Below, piece by piece: positions 43,285-53,849 of a DNA stretch of 64,000 nucleotides. This DNA comes from Escherichia phage vB_EcoM_SA21RB. Made by a program: the position numbers and the translations under genes. Every line of letters starts with the position of its first letter. Position 1 is the stretch's first letter. Location: sequence record OL960580; one strand, written 5' to 3'. Below the pieces are notes generated by a model. It ran no database searches. It was given only the letters and a program-made list of their open reading frames with translations, and was not told the DNA's origin.

Positions 43285-44202
43285 TCAAAATTCATTAATG
43301 CTATTAGTTAATTTAGAAAGACCCGCTTTTACAAAATATGAATAAATTTTGCCACGCGGTGGTAATTTATATGAATTATAGTAATTCACAATGTTTGAAG
43401 CAATATTATCAGGAATATAATCAAAATCAATTAGAACTAAATTTTCTTTATAACGATTATATTCAGATTCAGTGAGAAGCACCTTAGCTTGCTCACGATC
43501 ATTAGCAATAGCTTCAACAATAGAGGTTTTCATTGAAGGAGTTCGTTCACCTTCAACTCTAGTAAACCAAAAGTCAGATCGTACTTTAACTGAAGCAACG
43601 TTATCCTTTTTGTCACCTTTAAGGATTTTAGTCATACAGTCAATTTCAGCAGAACCGCTTTTAATTTTAACCCATTTCTTGTGCATCGGTGACCATTGCT
43701 TAACATTTGGGTATTTGTGAAGTTGAGTAAAGTCACCATCCGATGAAATGATTAAAATCTTATGTCCTTCTAAAGAGAACTTTTTAACAAGAACAGCAAT
43801 ATGGTCATCTGCTTCATACTTATCAATATCCATAACAATGTATGGCATATAAGCTTTCAATTCATCTATAACTTTATGACTGGATTCAAAATAACCTTCC
43901 CAGTCCCAAGTAGATTCTTCTCGTGCTTTTCCACGGTTTTTCTTATAATAATAAGCGAAATCACGACGCCAGTATCCAGATTTCGCGTTATCAATACACA
44001 ATACAATTTTAGTGTATCCAAGAGTTTTTGCTTTTTTGACATTAAACTTAATTGAGTTCAATATCAAATGACGAACCATTGATAAATTAATTTTTTCTTT
44101 ATCTGGAAAGTTTACTAAAGCAGTTGAAAGTGCAATTTGACTAAAGTCAATTAAGCAGATTCCTTCTTTGTAATCTTCATCCAGCATCATTTCTAAATCC
44201 AT
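43285..44202 (-). CDS. rnh: RNase H (5'-3' exonuclease / flap endonuclease)
   Basis: 305 aa from MDLEMMLDEDYKEGICLIDFSQ...; matches T4 RNase H. Confidence 0.93.
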   Translation of the reverse strand: MDLEMMLDEDYKEGICLIDFSQIALSTALVNFPDKEKINLSMVRHLILNSIKFNVKKAKTLGYTKIVLCIDNAKSGYWRRDFAYYYKKNRGKAREESTWDWEGYFESSHKVIDELKAYMPYIVMDIDKYEADDHIAVLVKKFSLEGHKILIISSDGDFTQLHKYPNVKQWSPMHKKWVKIKSGSAEIDCMTKILKGDKKDNVASVKVRSDFWFTRVEGERTPSMKTSIVEAIANDREQAKVLLTESEYNRYKENLVLIDFDYIPDNIASNIVNYYNSYKLPPRGKIYSYFVKAGLSKLTNSINEF

Positions 44203-44264
44203 ATGAACCTCGTTCAATTAGTGAGATTTCTATTATATACCATCCGAATCTTAAAGTAAACAAG

Positions 44265-44272
44265 TATAAATA
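44265..44272 (+). promoter_or_regulatory. late promoter for gene 34
   Basis: exact TATAAATA 35 bp upstream of the gene 34 ATG. Confidence 0.6.
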
Positions 44273-44306
44273 CTTATTATTGAAAACACAATAGGAGCCC
44301 GGGAGA

Positions 44307-47300
44307 ATGGCCGAGATTAAAAGAAAGTTCAGAGCAGAAGATGGTCTGGACGCAGGTGGCGATAAAATAATCAACGTAGCTTTAGCTGATCGTGCCGTAG
44401 GAACTGACGGTGTTAACGTTGATTACCTAATTCAAGAAAACACAGTTCAACAATACGATCCAACTCGTGGATATTTAAAAGATTTTGTAATCATTTATGA
44501 TAACCGCTTTTGGGCTGCTATAAATGATATTCCAAAACCGGCAGGAGCTTTTAATAGCGGACGCTGGAGAGCATTACGTACTGATGCTAACTGGATTACT
44601 GTCTCATCTGGTTCATATCAATTAAAATCTGGTGAAGCTATTTCGGTTAACACTGCAGCTGGTAATGATATTACATTTACTTTACCATCTACTCCAATTG
44701 ATGGTGATACTATCATTCTCCAAGATATTGGAGGAAAACCTGGAGTTAACCAAGTTTTAATTGTAGCTCCAGTGCAAAGTATTGTAAACTTCAGAGGCGA
44801 GCAAGTACGTTCAGTACTAATGACTCATCCAAAGTCACAGTTAGTTTTAATTTTTAGTAATCGTCTGTGGCAAATGTATGTAGCTGATTATAGTAGAGAA
44901 GCTGTAGTTGTAACACCAGCGAATACTTATCAAGCGCAATCTAATGATTTTATCGTACGTAGATTTACTTCTGCTGCACCGATAAATATTAAACTTCCGA
45001 GATTTGCTAATCACGGCGATATTATTAATTTCGTCGATTTGGATAAATTAAATCCACTTTATCATACAATTGTTACTACATACGATGAAACGACATCAGT
45101 ACAAGAAGATGGAACTCATTCCATTGAAGGCCGTACATCTATTGATGGCTTCTTGATGTATGATGATAATGAAAAATTATGGAGACTGTTTGACGGGGAC
45201 AGTAAAGCACGTTTACGTATCATAACAACTAATTCAAACATTCGTCCAAATGAAGAAGTTATGGTATTTGGTGCGAATAATGGAACAACTCAAACGATTG
45301 AGCTTCAGCTTCCAACTAATATTTCTGTTGGTGATACTGTTAAAATTTCCATGAATTACATGAGAAAAGGACAAACAGTTAAAATCAAAGCTGCCGGTGA
45401 AGATAAAATTGCTTCTTCAGTTCAATTGCTGCAATTCCCAAAACGTTCAGAATATCCACCTGAAGCTGAATGGGTGACTGTTCAAGAATTAGTTTTTAAC
45501 GGTGAAACTAATTATGTTCCAGTTTTACAACTTGCTTATATAGAAGATTCTGACGGAAAATACTGGGTTGTACAACAAAACGTTCCAACTGTAGAAAGAG
45601 TTGATTCTTTAAATGATTCTACTAGAGCAAGATTAGGCGTGATTGCTTTAGCTACACAAGCGCAAGCTAATGTCGATTTAGAAAATTCTCCACAAAAAGA
45701 ATTAGCAATTACTCCAGAAACATTAGCTAACCGTACTGCTACAGAAACTCGTAGAGGTATCGCAAGAATAGCAACTACTGCTCAAGTAAATCAGAACACC
45801 ACATTCTCTTTTGCTGATGATATTATCATTACTCCTAAAAAGCTGAATGAAAGAACTGCTACAGAAACTCGTAGAGGTGTCGCTGAAATTGCTACACAAC
45901 AGGAAACTAATGCAGGTACTGATGATACTACAATCATTACTCCTAAAAAGCTTCAAGCTCGTCAGGGTTCTGAATCATTATCTGGTATTGTAACCTTTGT
46001 ATCTACCGCAGGAGCTACTCCAGCTTCTAGTCGTGAATTAAATGGTACAAACGTTTATAATAAAAACACTAATAATTTAGTTGTTTCGCCTAAAGCTCTG
46101 GATCAGTATAAAGCTACTCCAACACAACAAGGTGCAGTAATTTTAGCAGTTGAAAGCGAAGTAATTGCTGGACAGAGTCAAGAAGGATGGGCAAATGCTG
46201 TTGTAACGCCAGAAACGTTACATAAAAAGACATCAACTGATGCAAGAATTGGTTTAATTGAAATTGCTACACAAAGTGAAGTTAATACAGGAACTGATTA
46301 TACTCGTGCAGTCACTCCTAAAACTTTAAATGACCGTATAGCAACTGAAAGTTTAAGTGGTATAGCTGAAATTGCTACGCAAGTTGAATTCGACGCAGGC
46401 GTCGACGATACTCGTATCTCTACACCATTAAAAATTAAAACTAGATTTAATAGTACTGATCGTACTTCTGTTGTTGCTCTATCTGGATTAGTTGAATCAG
46501 GAACTCTCTGGGACCATTATACCCTTAATATTCTTGAAGCAAATGAGACACAGCGTGGTACACTTCGTGTGGCTACACAAGTTGAAGCTGCTGCAGGAAC
46601 ATTAGATAATGTTTTAATAACTCCTAAAAAGCTTTTAGGTACTAAATCTACCGAATCGCAGGAAGGTGTTATTAAAGTTGCAACTCAGTCTGAAACTGTA
46701 ACTGGAACGTCAGCAAATACTGCTGTATCTCCAAAAAATTTAAAATGGATTGTACAGAGTGAACCTACTTGGGCAGCTACTACTGCGATAAGAGGCTTTG
46801 TTAAAACTTCATCTGGATCAATTACATTCGTTGGTAATGATACAGCTGGTTCTACGCAGGACTTAGAGCTATACGAGAAAAATAGCTATGCAGTATCACC
46901 ATATGAATTAAACCGTGTATTAGCAAATTATTTGCCATTAAAAGCAAAAGCTGCTGATACAAATTTATTGGATGGTCTAGATTCATCTCAATTCATTCGT
47001 AGGGATATTGCACAGACGGTTAATGGTTCACTAACCTTAACCCAACAAACGAATCTGAGTGCCCCTCTTGTATCATCTAGTACTGCTACGTTTGGCGGAT
47101 CAGTTTCGGCAAACAGCACATTAACTATTTCTAATACTGGAACGGCAACTCGTCTGATTTTTGAGAAAGGACCTCAAACTGGAACTAACCCAGTACAGAC
47201 GATGACTATCAGAGTTTGGGGAAATCAGTTTGGTGGCGGTTCAGATACAACACGTTCTACTGTATTTGAAGTTGGTGATGAAACGTCTAATCACTTTTAT

Positions 47301-48176
47301 TCTCAACGCAATAAAGCTGGGAATATAACGTTTAGTATCAATGGTACTGTAATGCCAATAAATGTTAATGCTTCGGGTTCTTTGAATGCGAACGGCGTTG
47401 CAACATTTGGTAGTTCAGTTACAGCCAATGGCGAATTCATCAGCAAGTCTGCAAATGCTTTCAGAGCAATAAATGGCGACTATGGATTCTTTATTCGCAA
47501 TGATGCTGCTAACACCTATTTTATGCTTACTGCATCGGGTGATCAGACTGGCGGATTTAATGGATTACGTCCTTTAGCTATTAATAATGCATCTGGTCAA
47601 GTAACGATTGGTGAAAGCTTAATCATTGCCAAAGGTGCTACTATAAATTCAGGTGGTTTAACTGTTAACTCGAGAATTCGTTCTCAGGGCACTAAAACTG
47701 CTGACCTATACACCCGTGCACCGACATCTGATACTGTAGGATTCTGGTCAATCGATATTAATGATTCAGCTACTTATAACCAGTTCCCGGGTTATTTTAA
47801 AATGGTTGAAAAAACTAATGAAGTGACTGGACTTCCATACTTAGAACGTGGAGAAGAGGTTAAATCTCCTGGTACATTGACTCAATTTGGTAACACACTT
47901 GATTCGCTTTACCAAGATTGGATTACTTATCCAACGACTCCAGAAGCACGTACCACTCGCTGGACCCGTACATGGCAGAAAACCAAAAACTCTTGGTCAA
48001 GTTTTGTTCAGGTATTTGATGGAGGTAACCCTCCTCAGCCGTCTGATATCGGTGCTTTACCATCTGATAATGCTACAATGGGGAATCTTACTATTCGTGA
48101 TTTCTTACGAATAGGTAATGTTCGTATTATTCCTGACCCAGTGAATAAAACGGTTAAATTTGAATGGGTTGAATAA
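44307..48176 (+). CDS. 34: long tail fibre proximal subunit gp34
   Basis: 1289 aa; internal 40-aa periodic repeats (TATETRRG..IITPKKL); matches T4 gp34. Confidence 0.96.
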   Translation: MAEIKRKFRAEDGLDAGGDKIINVALADRAVGTDGVNVDYLIQENTVQQYDPTRGYLKDFVIIYDNRFWAAINDIPKPAGAFNSGRWRALRTDANWITVSSGSYQLKSGEAISVNTAAGNDITFTLPSTPIDGDTIILQDIGGKPGVNQVLIVAPVQSIVNFRGEQVRSVLMTHPKSQLVLIFSNRLWQMYVADYSREAVVVTPANTYQAQSNDFIVRRFTSAAPINIKLPRFANHGDIINFVDLDKLNPLYHTIVTTYDETTSVQEDGTHSIEGRTSIDGFLMYDDNEKLWRLFDGDSKARLRIITTNSNIRPNEEVMVFGANNGTTQTIELQLPTNISVGDTVKISMNYMRKGQTVKIKAAGEDKIASSVQLLQFPKRSEYPPEAEWVTVQELVFNGETNYVPVLQLAYIEDSDGKYWVVQQNVPTVERVDSLNDSTRARLGVIALATQAQANVDLENSPQKELAITPETLANRTATETRRGIARIATTAQVNQNTTFSFADDIIITPKKLNERTATETRRGVAEIATQQETNAGTDDTTIITPKKLQARQGSESLSGIVTFVSTAGATPASSRELNGTNVYNKNTNNLVVSPKALDQYKATPTQQGAVILAVESEVIAGQSQEGWANAVVTPETLHKKTSTDARIGLIEIATQSEVNTGTDYTRAVTPKTLNDRIATESLSGIAEIATQVEFDAGVDDTRISTPLKIKTRFNSTDRTSVVALSGLVESGTLWDHYTLNILEANETQRGTLRVATQVEAAAGTLDNVLITPKKLLGTKSTESQEGVIKVATQSETVTGTSANTAVSPKNLKWIVQSEPTWAATTAIRGFVKTSSGSITFVGNDTAGSTQDLELYEKNSYAVSPYELNRVLANYLPLKAKAADTNLLDGLDSSQFIRRDIAQTVNGSLTLTQQTNLSAPLVSSSTATFGGSVSANSTLTISNTGTATRLIFEKGPQTGTNPVQTMTIRVWGNQFGGGSDTTRSTVFEVGDETSNHFYSQRNKAGNITFSINGTVMPINVNASGSLNANGVATFGSSVTANGEFISKSANAFRAINGDYGFFIRNDAANTYFMLTASGDQTGGFNGLRPLAINNASGQVTIGESLIIAKGATINSGGLTVNSRIRSQGTKTADLYTRAPTSDTVGFWSIDINDSATYNQFPGYFKMVEKTNEVTGLPYLERGEEVKSPGTLTQFGNTLDSLYQDWITYPTTPEARTTRWTRTWQKTKNSWSSFVQVFDGGNPPQPSDIGALPSDNATMGNLTIRDFLRIGNVRIIPDPVNKTVKFEWVE

Positions 48177-48184
48177 GAGGTATT

Positions 48185-49300
48185 ATGGAAAAATTTATGG
48201 CAGAGTTTGGACAAGGATATGTCCAAACGCCATTTTTATCGGAAAGTAATTCAGTAAGATACAAAATAAGTATAGCGGGTTCTTGCCCGCTTTCTACTGC
48301 AGGACCACACGTTAAATTTCAGGATAATCCTGTCGGAAATCAAACATTTAATGCAGGTCTTCATCTAAGAGTTTTTGACCCTTCCACAGGAGCATTAGTT
48401 GATAGTAAGTCATATGCTTTTTCTACTTCAAACGATACTACATCGGCTGCTTTTGTTAGTTTCATGAATTCTTTGACGAATAACAGACTTGTTGCTATAT
48501 TAACTAGCGGAAAGGTTAATTTTCCTCCTGAAGTAGTATCTTGGTTAAGAACCGCAGGAACGTCTGCTTTTCCATCTGATTCTATATTGTCAAGATTTGA
48601 CGTATCATATGCTGCCTTTTATACTTCTTCTAAAAGAGCTATTGCATTAGAGCATGTTAAACTGAGTAACAGAAAAAGCACAGATGACTATCAAACTATT
48701 TTAGATGTTGTATTTGACAGTTTAGAAGACGTTGGAGCTACGGGATTTCCTAAAAGAACATACGAAAGCGTTGAGCAATTTATGTCAGCAGTCGGTGGAA
48801 CTAATAACGAAATTGCACGTCTACCAACTTCAGCTGCCATAAGTAAATTATCTGACTATAATTTAATTCCTGGCGATGTTCTTTATCTCAAAGCACAGTT
48901 ATATGCTGATGCCGATTTACTTGCGCTTGGAACTACAAATATATCTATCCGTTTTTATAACGCATCGAATGGATATATTTCCTCGACACAAGCTGAGTTT
49001 ACCGGACAAGCTGGGTCTTGGGAATTAAAGGAAGATTATGTAGTTGTTCCAGAAAACGCTGTCGGATTTACGATATACGCACAGAGAACTGCGCAAGCTG
49101 GTCAAGGTGGCATGAGAAATTTAAGCTTTTCTGAGGTGTCAAGAAATGGAGGTATTTCGAAACCTGCTGAATTTGGCGTCAATGGCATTCGTGTTAATTA
49201 TATCTGTGAATCTGCTTCACCTCCGGATATAATGGTACTTCCTACGCAAGCATCGTCTAAAACTGGTAAAGTGTTTGGGCAAGAATTTAGAGAAGTTTAA
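48185..49300 (+). CDS. 35: long tail fibre hinge protein gp35
   Basis: 371 aa; synteny and length. Confidence 0.93.
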   Translation: MEKFMAEFGQGYVQTPFLSESNSVRYKISIAGSCPLSTAGPHVKFQDNPVGNQTFNAGLHLRVFDPSTGALVDSKSYAFSTSNDTTSAAFVSFMNSLTNNRLVAILTSGKVNFPPEVVSWLRTAGTSAFPSDSILSRFDVSYAAFYTSSKRAIALEHVKLSNRKSTDDYQTILDVVFDSLEDVGATGFPKRTYESVEQFMSAVGGTNNEIARLPTSAAISKLSDYNLIPGDVLYLKAQLYADADLLALGTTNISIRFYNASNGYISSTQAEFTGQAGSWELKEDYVVVPENAVGFTIYAQRTAQAGQGGMRNLSFSEVSRNGGISKPAEFGVNGIRVNYICESASPPDIMVLPTQASSKTGKVFGQEFREV

Positions 49301-49305
49301 ATTGA

Positions 49306-49330
49306 GGGAGCCTTCGGGTTCCCTTTTTCT
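49306..49330 (+). terminator. intrinsic terminator after gene 35
   Basis: gggagcc-ttcg-ggttccc followed by TTTTTCTTT. Confidence 0.65.
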
Positions 49331-49331
49331 T

Positions 49332-49339
49332 TATAAATA
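49332..49339 (+). promoter_or_regulatory. late promoter for gene 36
   Basis: exact TATAAATA 24 bp upstream of the gene 36 ATG. Confidence 0.6.
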
Positions 49340-49362
49340 CTATTAAAATAAAGGGGCATACA

Positions 49363-50028
49363 ATGGCTGATTTAAAAGTAGGTTCAACAACCGGAGGCTC
49401 TGTCATTTGGCATCAAGGAAATTTTCCATTGAATCCAGCCGGTGACGATGTACTCTATAAATCATTTAAAATATATTCAGAATACAATAAACCACAAGCT
49501 GTTGATAACGATTTCGTTTCTAAAGCTAATGGTGGTACTTATGCATCAAAGGTAACATTTAATGCTGGTGTTCAAGTACCATATGCTGTAAACAATACAA
49601 ACCCGTGCGGTATTTATCCAGGTAACGGTGATAATGCTACTTTTGCTGTAGCAAATATCGATATTGTTTCGTGGAATGGTATTGGTTTTAAATCATCACA
49701 GGGTTCAGCAGCCCGAACTGTTGTAATTAATGCACGTAATGGTGATATTAGCACAAAAGGTGTTGTATCAGCTGCGGGTCAAGTAAGAAGTGATGCAGCT
49801 GCTCCTATAGCAGCGAATGACCTTACTAGAAAGGACTATGTTGACGGAGCAATAAATACTGTTACGGCAAATGCGAACTCTAGAGTGTTACGATCTGGTG
49901 ATACTATGATTGGAAACTTAACCGCACCAAACTTTTTCTCACAGAATCCTGCATCTCAACCTTCACATGTTCCACGATTTGACCAAATCGTAATTAAGGA
50001 TTCTGTTCAAGATTTCGGCTATTATTAA
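49363..50028 (+). CDS. 36: long tail fibre distal connector gp36
   Basis: 221 aa; MADLKVGSTTGGSVIWHQGNFPLNPAGDD... Confidence 0.93.
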   Translation: MADLKVGSTTGGSVIWHQGNFPLNPAGDDVLYKSFKIYSEYNKPQAVDNDFVSKANGGTYASKVTFNAGVQVPYAVNNTNPCGIYPGNGDNATFAVANIDIVSWNGIGFKSSQGSAARTVVINARNGDISTKGVVSAAGQVRSDAAAPIAANDLTRKDYVDGAINTVTANANSRVLRSGDTMIGNLTAPNFFSQNPASQPSHVPRFDQIVIKDSVQDFGYY

Positions 50029-50036
50029 GAGGACTT

Positions 50037-53000
50037 ATGGCTACTTTAAAACAAATACAATTTAAAAGAAGCAAAACCGCAGGTGCACGTCCTGCTGCTT
50101 CAGTATTAGCCGAAGGTGAATTGGCTATAAACTTAAAAGATAGAACAATTTTTACTAAAGATGATTCAGGAAATATCATTGACTTAAGCATTTCCGCTGG
50201 CGGTAATATCAGTGGAAATATCACTCAAACTGGTGATTATACACAGACTGGAAAATTTAATTTAATTGGCCCGCAGATTATAGCAAGTGGTGGATATATT
50301 GAGTTTAATTATCGTACTACTGGAAGTGGGGCTTGGTCCGGTCAACACACTGCAAAAGCTCCAATTTTTGTAGATTTAAGCTCAGCTACTTCCACATCTG
50401 AATATAATCCTATAATTAAACAGCGCTTTAAAGATGGAACTTTTTCATTAGGTACTTTAGTTTCTGAAGGTTCGTTAAAGATTCATTATATTGATGAAAC
50501 TGGTCAATCTAAATATTGGACATTTGCGCGCTCAGGTAATTTTCAAGTTGATTCTGGTAATTTATTAGTATCTGGTGGATATTTAGTCGCTCAGAGTAAT
50601 ATTGAAACAAGAACAGGTTCTTTGATTGGTCCATCTGTTGTAACTAAAAATATTTCATTTGATACGAAAGCGTTTGGACAATACGATTCGCAGTCATTAG
50701 TTCAATATGTTTATCCTGGAACTGGTGAAACAAACGGAATTAATTACCTTCGTAAATTCCGTGCAAAATCTGGTGGTACGATTTATCATGAATTAGCTTC
50801 TGCACAAACCGGAAAAAGTGATGAACTGTCTTGGTGGACCGGTAATACAGCCGTTAATAAACAAATGGGCCTTCGCAATGATGGGTCTTTAGTATTGCGA
50901 CGCTCACTCGCAATTGGTACAATTACAACAGATGAAAACATTAATAATTACGGCTCCACTGGAGCAATGGGTGAATGCTATATAGTCATTGGAGATGCCG
51001 CAACTGGTATATCATATAAAAGATCTGGTGTATATGATTTAGTTGCTAATGGTCTTTCTATCGCGTCTATTACTCCTGACAGTTTCCGTAGTACTCGTAA
51101 AGCATTATTTGGACGTTCAGAAGACCAAGGTGCAACTTGGATTATGCCAGGTACGAATGCTGCATTTTTATCAGTTCAAACACAGGCTGATGAAAACTCT
51201 GCTGGAGATGGTCAAACCCACATTGGATATAACTCTGGCGGTAAAATGAACCACTATTTCCGTGGTAAAGGAAAAACTAATATTAATACTCAAGAAGGCA
51301 TGGAAGTTAACCCGGGTATTCTTAAACTAGTAACCGGTGCAAATAATGTAATGTTTTATGCTGATGGCGGTATTACATCTGTTAAGCAGCTTTCAATATA
51401 TAACGGCATATATTTAGCAGCTAATAATTCTACTGCTGGGCTGACATTCGCTCCAACTACTACAATTGATGGTACTAAGCAAATCATGTGGGAAGGCGGT
51501 AAGCGTGCTGGTCAAAATAAAAGCTATGTAACCGTTAAAGCGTGGGGTAATTCATTTAACGCATCTGGCGATCGTAATCGTGAAACAGTTTTTGAAGTAG
51601 CTGACGGACAAGGTTATTATTTTTATTCCCAGCGTGTAGCCCCAAGCGGCTCAGAAACTACTGGTCCTGTTGTAACCCAGTTTGCTGGAGCTGTTAATGC
51701 TAGAGGAAGTATTATTACTGACGGAAGTTTTAAAGTTAATGGATTAAGCACTTTAGTCGGTAATGTTACCATGTCTAATGGTTTGTTTGTCCAAGGTGGT
51801 TCTTCTATTACTGGACAAGTTAAAATCGGCGGAACTGCTGATGCATTAAGAATTTGGAATGCCGAATATGGTGCTATTTTCCGTCGCTCAGAAAGTAATC
51901 TTTATATTATCCCGACTCTTAAAGATGCTGGAGAATCTGGCGGTATAAGTAATCTTAGACCATTGATAATAGAACTGAACACCGGCACAGTTAAAATGTC
52001 GCATGATGTTCATTTAGGAGATTCTGGATCTGGTACAGGATTATTACAAGTAAGTAATAGTCTTAAAACTATTAAAATGATATGTCCAGTAACTATTAAT
52101 GAACGTAATGCAGCGCTTACTCTAGATTCTCCTTCATCTTCTTCTGCTAATTATTTGCAGGGTTCTAAAGCTGGAACTAGATCGTGGTATGTTGGTCTTG
52201 GTGGTGCTGGAAATGATTTATCACTTTATAGCCAATCTTATGGACATGGTCTTGTTATAAGTGATAATTTCGTGTCAATCACTAAACCCTTTAAAGTCGG
52301 AAATGCCCAACTAGGAACTGACGGTAATATTACTAGCGGTTCAGGAAACTTTGCTAACTTAAACACCACGCTAAATCGTAAAGTTAATTCTGGATTTATT
52401 ACTTATGGAGCAACTGCTGGATGGTATAAGTTTGCAACAGTAACAATGCCACAATCCACTTCTACGGTCTTCTTTAAAATAGCCGGTGGTTCTGGATTTA
52501 ATAGTGGATTATTCACACAATGCAATATTGCTGAAATTGTTTTACGTACTAGTAATGAAAGACCTGCTGACTTAAATGCTGTATTATACACAAGAACAAT
52601 TGCAGCTGCATTTAAAAATATTGCAGTTAATAACGTCTCTGGAGATACATATGACATTTATGTTTATGCCGGAACATATTGCAATCAATTAACTTGTGAA
52701 TGGTCATGTACCGAAAATGCTACTGTTAGCGTTATTGGTATTAACTCATCTACCCAATCACCTGTGGATGCTCTTCCAGATACAGCAGTTGATGGGCAAG
52801 TTGCTAATGTTCTTAATAACTTGGTTGATCGCGGCAAAGTTAAGCGTTATGAAGCCGATTCTGAAATAGCTATTAATAACCAAACTGGTATTCGTATTAG
52901 AAGCAACAGCGATAAAACTGGTTCTGTTGCTACAATGCTACGAAATGATGGCAGTAGTTTTTATATTCTGTTTACAGATAAAAATGCCACCGATGGCGAA

Positions 53001-53819
53001 GCAACTGTTAACGGTGATTGGAATAGTAAGCGTCCTTTCGCAATTAACTTAACAACAGGCGAAGTATTAATGAATAACGGCATAGCTGTTCGCAGTGCTG
53101 CTTTATTCTATAATAGCATAAATGTCAAAGATAATGGTTCTATTAACTTTGATAAGTCTGGTGCTAACCCAAGAAATATGAGAATATTTCATGCTGGCGA
53201 TGCTTCTCGTGGTAACCGTATTGAAATTGCCGATGAAACTAACTATATTGCTTACTTTGAAAAAGCTCCAGGTGGAGCTAACCGTTTTGTAGTAAATAAT
53301 GCTACTGTAGCTGGTGTTAACCAAATGAATTCATTTGGTATTAATATCAATAACGCACTTGGTGGAAATAGTATAGCATTTGGCGATAGCGATACTGGTA
53401 TTAAGCAAAATGGCGATGGATTATTAGACATATATGCGAACAGTGTACAAGTATTCCGTTTCCAAAACGGTGATTTGTACTCATATAAAAATATAAATGC
53501 TCCAAACGTTTATATTCGTTCTGATATTCGTTTAAAATCCAACTTTAAACCTATCGAAAATGCACTTGATAAAGTTGAAAAACTTAACGGTGTCATTTAC
53601 GATAAAGCTGAATACATCGGTGGAGAGGCAATTGAAACTGAAGCAGGTATTGTGGCTCAAACGTTGAAAGACGTTTTACCAGAAGCCGTCCGTGAAACAG
53701 AAGATAGCAAGGGTAATAAAATACTCACTGTTTCTTCTCAAGCCCAGATTGCTCTTCTGGTTGAAGCTGTGAAAACACTTTCTTCTCGTGTAAAAGAACT
53801 TGAATCTAAACTTATGTAA
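50037..53819 (+). CDS. 37: long tail fibre distal subunit gp37 (long, T2-type) with C-terminal intramolecular chaperone-like domain
   Basis: 1260 aa; N terminus MATLKQIQFKRSKTAGARPAASVLAEGELAINLKDRTIF...; C-terminal SDIRLKSNFKPIE... resembles the S74 auto-cleaving chaperone domain. Confidence 0.92.
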   Translation: MATLKQIQFKRSKTAGARPAASVLAEGELAINLKDRTIFTKDDSGNIIDLSISAGGNISGNITQTGDYTQTGKFNLIGPQIIASGGYIEFNYRTTGSGAWSGQHTAKAPIFVDLSSATSTSEYNPIIKQRFKDGTFSLGTLVSEGSLKIHYIDETGQSKYWTFARSGNFQVDSGNLLVSGGYLVAQSNIETRTGSLIGPSVVTKNISFDTKAFGQYDSQSLVQYVYPGTGETNGINYLRKFRAKSGGTIYHELASAQTGKSDELSWWTGNTAVNKQMGLRNDGSLVLRRSLAIGTITTDENINNYGSTGAMGECYIVIGDAATGISYKRSGVYDLVANGLSIASITPDSFRSTRKALFGRSEDQGATWIMPGTNAAFLSVQTQADENSAGDGQTHIGYNSGGKMNHYFRGKGKTNINTQEGMEVNPGILKLVTGANNVMFYADGGITSVKQLSIYNGIYLAANNSTAGLTFAPTTTIDGTKQIMWEGGKRAGQNKSYVTVKAWGNSFNASGDRNRETVFEVADGQGYYFYSQRVAPSGSETTGPVVTQFAGAVNARGSIITDGSFKVNGLSTLVGNVTMSNGLFVQGGSSITGQVKIGGTADALRIWNAEYGAIFRRSESNLYIIPTLKDAGESGGISNLRPLIIELNTGTVKMSHDVHLGDSGSGTGLLQVSNSLKTIKMICPVTINERNAALTLDSPSSSSANYLQGSKAGTRSWYVGLGGAGNDLSLYSQSYGHGLVISDNFVSITKPFKVGNAQLGTDGNITSGSGNFANLNTTLNRKVNSGFITYGATAGWYKFATVTMPQSTSTVFFKIAGGSGFNSGLFTQCNIAEIVLRTSNERPADLNAVLYTRTIAAAFKNIAVNNVSGDTYDIYVYAGTYCNQLTCEWSCTENATVSVIGINSSTQSPVDALPDTAVDGQVANVLNNLVDRGKVKRYEADSEIAINNQTGIRIRSNSDKTGSVATMLRNDGSSFYILFTDKNATDGEATVNGDWNSKRPFAINLTTGEVLMNNGIAVRSAALFYNSINVKDNGSINFDKSGANPRNMRIFHAGDASRGNRIEIADETNYIAYFEKAPGGANRFVVNNATVAGVNQMNSFGININNALGGNSIAFGDSDTGIKQNGDGLLDIYANSVQVFRFQNGDLYSYKNINAPNVYIRSDIRLKSNFKPIENALDKVEKLNGVIYDKAEYIGGEAIETEAGIVAQTLKDVLPEAVRETEDSKGNKILTVSSQAQIALLVEAVKTLSSRVKELESKLM

Positions 53820-53821
53820 AA

Positions 53822-53838
53822 GAGGGCTTCGGCCCTCT
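53822..53838 (+). promoter_or_regulatory. stem-loop between genes 37 and 38
   Basis: agagggc-ttcg-gccctct hairpin; no strong T-run, so probably an attenuator or stability element. Confidence 0.4.
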
Positions 53839-53849
53839 AAGGATTTTTA

